64,000 bases of DNA from Basidiobolus meristosporus CBS 931.73 (Eukaryota > Fungi > Basidiobolomycota). The stretch spans positions 1-64,000 of the forward strand of contig MCFE01000182.1 in the NCBI GenBank assembly GCA_002104905.1. Reading direction: 5' to 3'. The notes below the pieces were generated by a model. The model had not been told where the DNA came from. It saw only the letters and a program-made list of their open reading frames with translations, and did no database searches. Made by a program: the position numbers and the translations under genes. Positions 56,945-64,000 of this stretch are shown here, in pieces. Within the stretch, counting starts at the first letter, position 1, and every line of letters begins with the position of its first letter.

Positions 56945-58548
56945 ATACACATCCAAAATAAATGCCTAAGCACAGCACAATATATTTCTATAGCATTGAG
57001 ACATACGCAGAAAAGAAACCAGACCTTCAAAACATCAGGATCTTTGGCAGAGATATGATTCATAACATCCCTGACAAAAAATAATTATACTTGGAACTAA
57101 AAAGTAACAAAGGGATCTCTTGAGCATCAAGAAGATACTTAAGAGTATAGAGTGCTTGATGGCACAGTTCAGAAGCTGATCCTAAGGAGGGACCTTGAGT
57201 TTAGGGAAACTCTGATCAGAAAGCCACTGAGATCTTTGACTAGCTGCCTTCTAATGCTACCATCACTAATGAGGAAGATATATACCCAAATCAGCCAGAG
57301 ACAGAAGAAAAATCTATCAGTTCCAGATCAGAGCAGATTATCCTAGTTAGGAGATCTGCTAGAGTAAGAAATGACCATGGATCCTGGTGGCAGACATCCA
57401 GTGACCATGAAGAAGCTTATTTTGCCTTGTGAACTGACCTCAGAATCTGAAACAAGCAATGCAAAGTACAGATGCTACAATGTGGCAACAAGCGGTGCAG
57501 GAGGAGTATTACCTTCCCTATCAATCAATAGCTGGTAGCTGGATACACTTGATGGTAATTACAGGTCAAGGTATTGCTGTGACAATGGGAATAGTCAGTC
57601 AACCAATGCAGAAATATGGATCTTATCAAATTGCAGTGTTCAGTGGATTTGCAGAGATCTACCAAGTACCATATGCATGGTTCTGCAATACTCTGAAGCA
57701 GCTAATGGGTGAAAATTTAATGACTATAGTGACCCATATTGTGGTAGGGATCTGATTGACAGTTACCCTGCTTTTCTATATGCTGGCATAGCTATTACTT
57801 GGATTTGCTGGAAACAACCATTTGTGGTTCTTTCTAACAGTAGGGCATAGCATATGGCTGCCTGTTAAGCAACTAGGATGCTATACAGTTACAAAAACTA
57901 CTCATAGACTTGGGCTTAACTTCAGATGAGCTAATTCAAGTTTGCAGGACAACTAAGGTTGTACGTCACTAGCTAGATATTCTACTGGTCATGTCAGAAC
58001 TAGGCACATACCTGTAATATACCACTTGTGAGGAAAGCTGTAGAAAATAACATGGTATAGTTAGTATACTACTCTGCTGACAGAATGGTGCCAGATATAC
58101 TCAAAAAGCTACTAGCAAGGTCACAGCTTGAGAATTGCAAAGAGATATTGGGATTGAGAAATTATTCTGTTCAGGGAGAGTGCCAAAATATTGGACTATT
58201 TGGCATCATTTGGCAGCTAAATATTTACTTGCAATTCTTGAGTAGTGTAAGCAGCTGTAGGACTTCTTTACAGCTGTAACCTTGCCACTTTCTTTCAAAT
58301 TAATGATACTATGGTTATTTCTCAATAGTTCAGGTTCAATTGGCACTTTACCAAGCATAATGAATTAAGCCTGAAAATGTGATAGGCTGCTTGCAACTAT
58401 TGAGAAACCCTCCCAACATAGAATGACCCTTGTACAACTTCTACAAAGGTATAAATACTGAGCTTCTTCATGAATAGACCACTGTTCAACTGTTATCACT
58501 ACTTCTTGATGAACTCCTTGTGTCTAAAAGATTTCCTAAGTTACAATA
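56945..58548 (+). mobile_element. Degenerate, internally deleted Copia family B element with 3' LTR
   Basis: 56945-57510 matches 62210-62780, then jumps to the 63600+ RT end/RNase H. PPT CAGGGAGAG, then LTR 58181-58548 matching 59966-60334. Confidence 0.8.
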
Positions 58549-58714
58549 GGTGAATCCCTACTGTGAGCAAGACACCTGACAGAACAAGGCCATTGAAACT
58601 GGAAGAGATGGTGTATCAAATTAATCAGTTTTTGGAGCAAGGATATATCAGACCCAGCAAGTCACCAAGGCCCTGAACTGAGCTATCATGAAGAATAAGC
58701 ACTCATTACTGCAG

Positions 58715-59082
58715 TGCTATGATCTACTGCTTGGATGTTTAAATTAGATTAGCTTTTAGTCAAATCAATTAGTTATATGCTTAGCCTATCCATATGTCAG
58801 TGTTATCTATCAAATCAGTAGCATTAGTCTGCAGATGAATCAATGGATTCTTATCATACAGGAATAGATATATTAAGTAGAATCTTCTTGGGTGATGATG
58901 ATGCAATGAAATGAGTCATCAGCCACAAACCATGTTAGGAAATACAATCAGTCAGCAATTGATCCAGCAAAAATGTATATAAGAGCTGCTGGAACCTCAA
59001 TAAAAGTCAGTTCAAGTTTTAGTGAGTTCAGTACTAGCTAAACTCCCTATACCTCTACAACTTTAATACCTAGACTTGTTAC
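58715..59082 (+). mobile_element. Solo LTR, third family (C)
   Basis: Flanked by a perfect TGCAG/TGCAG duplication inside the Gypsy RT. Its 3' part resembles 56830-56943, which ends TTGTAACA. Confidence 0.65.
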
Positions 59083-59231
59083 TGCAGATTGATGAGCTTT
59101 AAGACCAACTTAATGGTGGCACCATATTCTGACAGATTGACCTCTTGTCAAGTTACAGCCAGACTAAGATGAAACTTGAAGATATCCCCAAGACATCATT
59201 CAGGACTAAATATGGACATTACAAGTACTAA

Positions 59232-59552
59232 CCCTATGAAAAATCTCAAACTTGGAATTCATCTGATTTTTGGCAGGTATTCTGCAGGTATTCTAATGGT
59301 ATCTTGCTGGTATTCAGCTTGTGTTTTAGGTTCAAAATTTCAAATGCAATTTTTGATGAAAGTAATGGGCAGCTAATTACCAAATTTGGTATGGATGCTA
59401 GTTTGCCTAGTCTCCTCCTGGGGAACTTGTTTGCTTGCCTGCACATCAGCTATCAACAGAGATATTGAGAGTTGTCAATTTTGGGGAACTTGGAATTTGG
59501 CTGATACTATGATGGTATTTTGCTGGCCTTTTCTCAATTTTTTTTCTTACGG
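59232..59552. mobile_element. 321-bp MITE-like insertion with TAA TSD
   Basis: Flanks TAA/TAA, imperfect termini CCTATGAAAAA...TTTTTCTTACGG; it interrupts the Gypsy RT frame at YKY|VMSYG. Confidence 0.6.
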
Positions 59553-59587
59553 TAAGTCATGAGTTATGGGCTCAATAATGCCCCTAC

Positions 59588-59948
59588 TGTTGTAATAATT
59601 GTAATTCCACCAAAGTATTCACCTAAATTAGTCATATAGCTCAATACCTTCAAGTCCTAGGGAATACCAACCAAAATCCTTGTTGAGTTTTACTAAGAAT
59701 ATTTTCACCAAAGTACCAGGTACCCAGAACATGAAAATTCTCAAAGTTGTCCAAACAGCCTCAACTATGAACACATGTTTTTGCAACCTTCATAAACCAA
59801 TTTTGTTCTGAGTACCTGATATTTTAGTAAAAATATTGTGGGTAAATCCTACCAAGGATTTTGGTCAGTATTGTCCAGGATTTGAAGGTAATGATCCAAG
59901 TGACTAAGCTAGGCCAATATTTAGGTGGAATTACATGTTTTTGCAACA
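59588..59948. repeat. Two partial Copia family A LTRs joined in inverted orientation
   Basis: 59588-59790 is the 5' part of the LTR on plus and about 59795-59948 is the same 5' part on minus; no TSD (CCTAC/AATGA). Confidence 0.8.
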
Positions 59949-59965
59949 AATGAAAGCTGAGAAAA

Positions 59966-62900
59966 TGTTGAAATATTGGACTATTTGGTAGCATTCAGCA
60001 GCTAAAAATTTACTTAACAATTCTAGGCTAGTCTTAGTCACTGTAGGACTGATTTACTGCCTTAACTTTGCCACTTTCTCCAGATATATGATCTTATGAT
60101 TTTTCCCCTATAGTCAGGATCAAATTAGCACTATTACCAAACATTATGTACTAACCCTGAAACTGTTACAGAATGCTCCTGAATATTGAGAAACCCTCCC
60201 TACTTAGTGTTGCAGCTGTATTACTTCTACAAAGGTATAAATACTGAGCTTCTTTATGAATAAACAACAGTTCATCTATTATCACTATTTCTTGATAAGT
60301 TCCTTATATCCAAATCCCTTCTTAAATTGCAACAGGTTATGAGCCCTGATTGCCTTAATCTATTCCAAAGATGACTTCTACCAGCAAACAAAGCAATACC
60401 AACATCTTCCCTATAAAGGAGAGGTTTAGTGGGAAGAACTACAGACTTTGGAGAATCAAGATGCAGAACCACCATGAGGAAAGAAAGCTTTGGAACATAG
60501 TTACAGGAAAGGAAGTTGAGCCCAAAGAAGCAGCAGAAGATGTGGAGAAGTTTCAAGAGAAGGAGAGAAAGGCCTTCAATGCAATATGCATCAATGTGCA
60601 AGACTCCTTCATTGGACAAATCCATGCCTCAAATACTGCCAAAGCAGCATAGGAATCCTTAGAGAAGATATCTAGAGCAAAGTCAGTATCAAGCAAGCTT
60701 TATTTGAAACAAAAGTTCTTCAACATGAGAAAAAAGCCAGATGATGACATGCTACAACTCATTACCAGAATGAAGACACTTGCAGAAGAACTTTACAGTA
60801 TTAATACTGGTGTAGATGATGAAGAAAAGATACTCTGTCTGCTTTGCAGCCTACCAGACAAGTATGAGCCACTCATACTTTCTTTTGAAAGCAGAGTAGA
60901 CAACTTGACTTTAGACTTTGTCAAAGGAAGACTTCTTCATGAAGAACTCAGATGTAATGATCAAGTAGAGAAAATTGAAGATAATGCTTTATTCAGTTCA
61001 GAAAAACATACAAAAAAGAAGGGAAAGCAACAAAACCAAAGAAAACCTGGCTGCTGTAACTACTGTAAGAAGCCAGGACACTGGGCAAGAGAATGCAAGA
61101 AGTAACAAGCAGACAAAAAACAGAAACTAGAGCAGGCATACCATATAACTACTGATGAACAGTTATTTGTCACTGTACAAGAGAGTGCAAGTAACTGAAG
61201 TAATGAATGGTATATTGACTCTGGAGCATCACAGCATATTTGTGGTATAAAGGATTGGTTCAGCAACTTAAAGACTATTCCCGTAAGAAAGGTTTATCTG
61301 GGAGATAACTCTGCATCGGAAGCTACCGCCAGTGGGTCTATACAACTAAATATGAGTGATAACTCAGGGGCAACAACAGCAAAACTGACTGACGTACTCT
61401 ATGTACCTGGAAGAGCTAAGAACCTACTCTCAGTCAGTAAAGCAACTACTCAGGAACTGAAATTTGTTTTTACTAAGCTGAGCTGCTCAATATTGAGTGA
61501 AAATGGACAAAAATTAGCTTTGGGAATCAGAGATCACAATATATACAAGTTACAATGCAAGATCATTGTACCTGAGTATGTCAACATTGCTGAAACTGAT
61601 GAAACTAACTGGGAGACACGGCATAGGAGGCTAGGACACATTGGGGAACAGAAAATGAGCCAATTGGTGAAAAATCAGCTTCTTTTGGGCCTAAAATACT
61701 CAATTCCAATCAAATTGAATGTTTGTAAGGGATGTTCATATGGCAAACAAGCTAGGCAACGTTTCAAGAGCTCAGAAGGCATCAATACCACTAAAATATT
61801 GGCTATTGTACACTCAGTCATATGTGGCCCCATGAGAACACTGTCCTTTGGAGCCAAGAGATACTTTATGATGTTTATTGATGACAAGACATGATATACA
61901 TGGGTGTACTTCCGCAAAACAAAGAATGAAGCTTTAGAGACATTTAAGCACTTCAAGAACATGGCAGAAACACAAACTGAGTGTAAATTGAAGGTACTAC
62001 AAAGTGACAATGGAGGAGAATACTGCTCAAAGGAGTTTGCAAAATACTGCTTGTCTACTGGTATACCTCAACAGACCACAGTTCCTCATACTCCACAGCA
62101 AAATGGAGTAGCAGAACATGTAAATAGAACAATAGTAGAGATGGGAAGATCTATGCTACATGATAAGGCAATGGACTACAGGTTTTGGGCTGAATCTGTT
62201 ACTACCGCTGTATACATCAAAAACAGATGACCAACAACAGCACTACGTGATTCTACACCTTTTGAAGCATATACAGGCAAAAAACCAGATCTCCAGCACC
62301 TCAGGATCTTTGGCAGTGATGTTTTTTATCACATCCCTGACAAAAAACGCTCAAAGTTGGAACCAAAGAGTAGAAAAGGGATCTTTCTTGGGTATTGTGA
62401 AGATACTAAAGGGTATAAAGTGTATGATGGCAAAATTCCGAAGCTGATCAAGAGCAGGGATGTTGTATTTGAGGAGAATTCAGATCAGAAAGCCACGGAA
62501 ATCATTGGCCAGCTGCCTGATGATGCAATCAACACAAATGAAGAAGATACATACCAAATCCAGCCAGAGATGGAAGATACTTCTACCAGTTCCAGATCAG
62601 AACAGATTATCCCAGTTAGGAGATCTACCAGAATAAGAAATGCCCCTGGATCCTGGTGGCAGACATCCAATGATCATGAAGAAGCTTATCTTGCCTTATG
62701 TGCCAAACCTCAGAATCTGGAACAGGCAATGCAAGGTCCAGATGCTACTAAGTGGCAACAAGCCATGGAGGAGGAGTACCAATCAATGACCAAGGCAAAA
62801 ACATGGGAACTGGTAGATTTACCAAATGGGAGAAAGCCAATAGGATGTAGATGGGTCTACAAGATCAAGATAACCTCAAATGGTGCCGTTGATAAGTACA

Positions 62901-64000
62901 AGGCTAGATTGGTAGCTAAAGGCTATTCCCAGATCCAGGGACTAGACTTTAAGGAAACTTTTCCTCTGATTACAAAGTTTAACTCCATTAGGACAGTTCT
63001 GGCCCTGGCAGCTGTACAGAGTCTAGATCTACACCAAATGGACGTCAAAACAGCCTTTCTAAATGAGGATTTGCAAGAAACTATTTATATGGAGCAACCA
63101 GAAGGTTTTACCAATCCAAAAGGCCCTCACAAGGTGTGCAAACTTAGAAAATTGTTGTATGGGCTTAAGCAGGCACCCAGAGCATGGTATAACAAGATTG
63201 ACACATATATAGAGGAAATTGGGTTCTCTCGTAGCACTGCAGATCACAGTATATATGTGAAACAGCTCAAAAAGGGTGTGATCATCCTAGTTCTTTATGT
63301 GGACGACCTAATTATAGCTACAAGTGATCAAGAGGCACTTAAACAGACAAAATCAGATCTCTTCAGCAAGTTTGAGATGAAAGATCTTGGAAAATTGAGC
63401 TATTTTCTTGGAATTGAGGTCAAATTTGACATACCTACGCAGAAAACTGTGCTGAATCAGTCTAAGTACATCAGGGACATTCTTAGACGCTTCAAAATGG
63501 AAAATTGCAAACCTGCAGCAACCCCTATGGACAATAACCTGAAATTAAGCAAATCTCAGCCAGTTATAGATGAAAATGGCTCAAATATGGACCAAAACTT
63601 TCACTATCAATCAATGGTTGGTAGCCTAATGTACTTGATGGTGGCTACACGTCCAGATATTGCGGTGTCTGTTGGAATAGTCAGTCAATCCATGCAGAAT
63701 TATGGATCAGATCAAATTGCAGCAGTTAAGCAGATTTTCAGATATCTACAAGGTACCATAAATATGGTACTGGAATACTCTGGAGCAGCTAATAGGCAAA
63801 AATTTGATGGTTATAGTGATTCAGATTGGGGCAGGGATCTGATTGACAGACGCTCTACCACAGGCTATGTATTTCTTTATGCTGGTGCAGCTATTACTTG
63901 GAATTGCAAGAAACAACCAACTGTGGCACTATCTACAACTGAAGCCAAATATATGGCTGCATGTCAAGCAACTAAGGAGGCTATATGGCTACAAAAATTA
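59966..64000 (+). mobile_element. Ty1/Copia element, family B (5' LTR to RNase H; runs off the window)
   Basis: LTR 59966-60334, PBS GGTTATGAGCCC, gag (FSGKNYRLW; CNYCKKPGHWAREC), protease WYIDSGASQH, integrase SDNGGEY/PQQNGVAE, RT YVDD, RNase H YSDSDW. Several premature stops. Confidence 0.95.

Larger units (their letters stand above)
58590..59587 (+). pseudogene. Ty3/Gypsy reverse transcriptase relic split by insertions
   Basis: FLEQGYIRPSKSP, IMKNKHSLLQ|IDEL*DQLNGGTIF*QIDLLSSYSQ..EDIPKTSFRTKYGHYKY|VMSYGLNNAPT once inserts are removed. Confidence 0.8.

Noticed and set aside
1-64000. CRISPR array, rRNA or bacterial operon
   Set aside because: No repeat-spacer array or rRNA-like sequence; genes have spliceosomal introns and eukaryotic products.

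Overview
Eukaryotic, fungal DNA, most likely from an early-diverging lineage (inferred from short GT-AG introns, a half-size ABCA and an EED-like gene; the species cannot be identified from sequence alone). The window has three zones. (1) 1-5.4 kb: a secreted Gly/Asn repeat protein, two head-to-head decayed uricase genes, and a Copia LTR nested in another LTR. (2) 5.5-31.4 kb: a gene-dense block with normal CpG content (NCS2 uric acid/xanthine permease, ABCA half transporter, cystathionine gamma-lyase, PIG-V, INCENP, ThrE-family exporter, Gfo/Idh/MocA oxidoreductase, RNR small subunit, a 58-aa secreted peptide, EED-like WD40 protein, mitochondrial AsnRS, SmD1, GPI-anchored Ser/Thr protein). 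(3) 32.6-64 kb: an almost CpG-free nest of transposons that can be resolved by target-site duplications. A CACTA-type relic hosts two copies of a two-gene PHIS (Pangu-like, ANT TSD) transposon. Copy A carries a 733-bp foldback MITE. Copy B carries a Gypsy-type solo LTR (itself split by a gag-less Copia) and a young gag-protease-only LTR element with an intact, nearly CpG-free ORF; both Gypsy-type inserts sit in GCGC sites 28 bp apart. Further Copia and Gypsy relics follow. The best leads are the uricase/permease relic cluster, the gag-PR-only element with its GCGC targeting, and the Pangu-like family. No prokaryotic-type system (CRISPR, rRNA, tRNA, operon) is supported. All alignments and counts were done by eye, with no database searches; exon boundaries are approximate.
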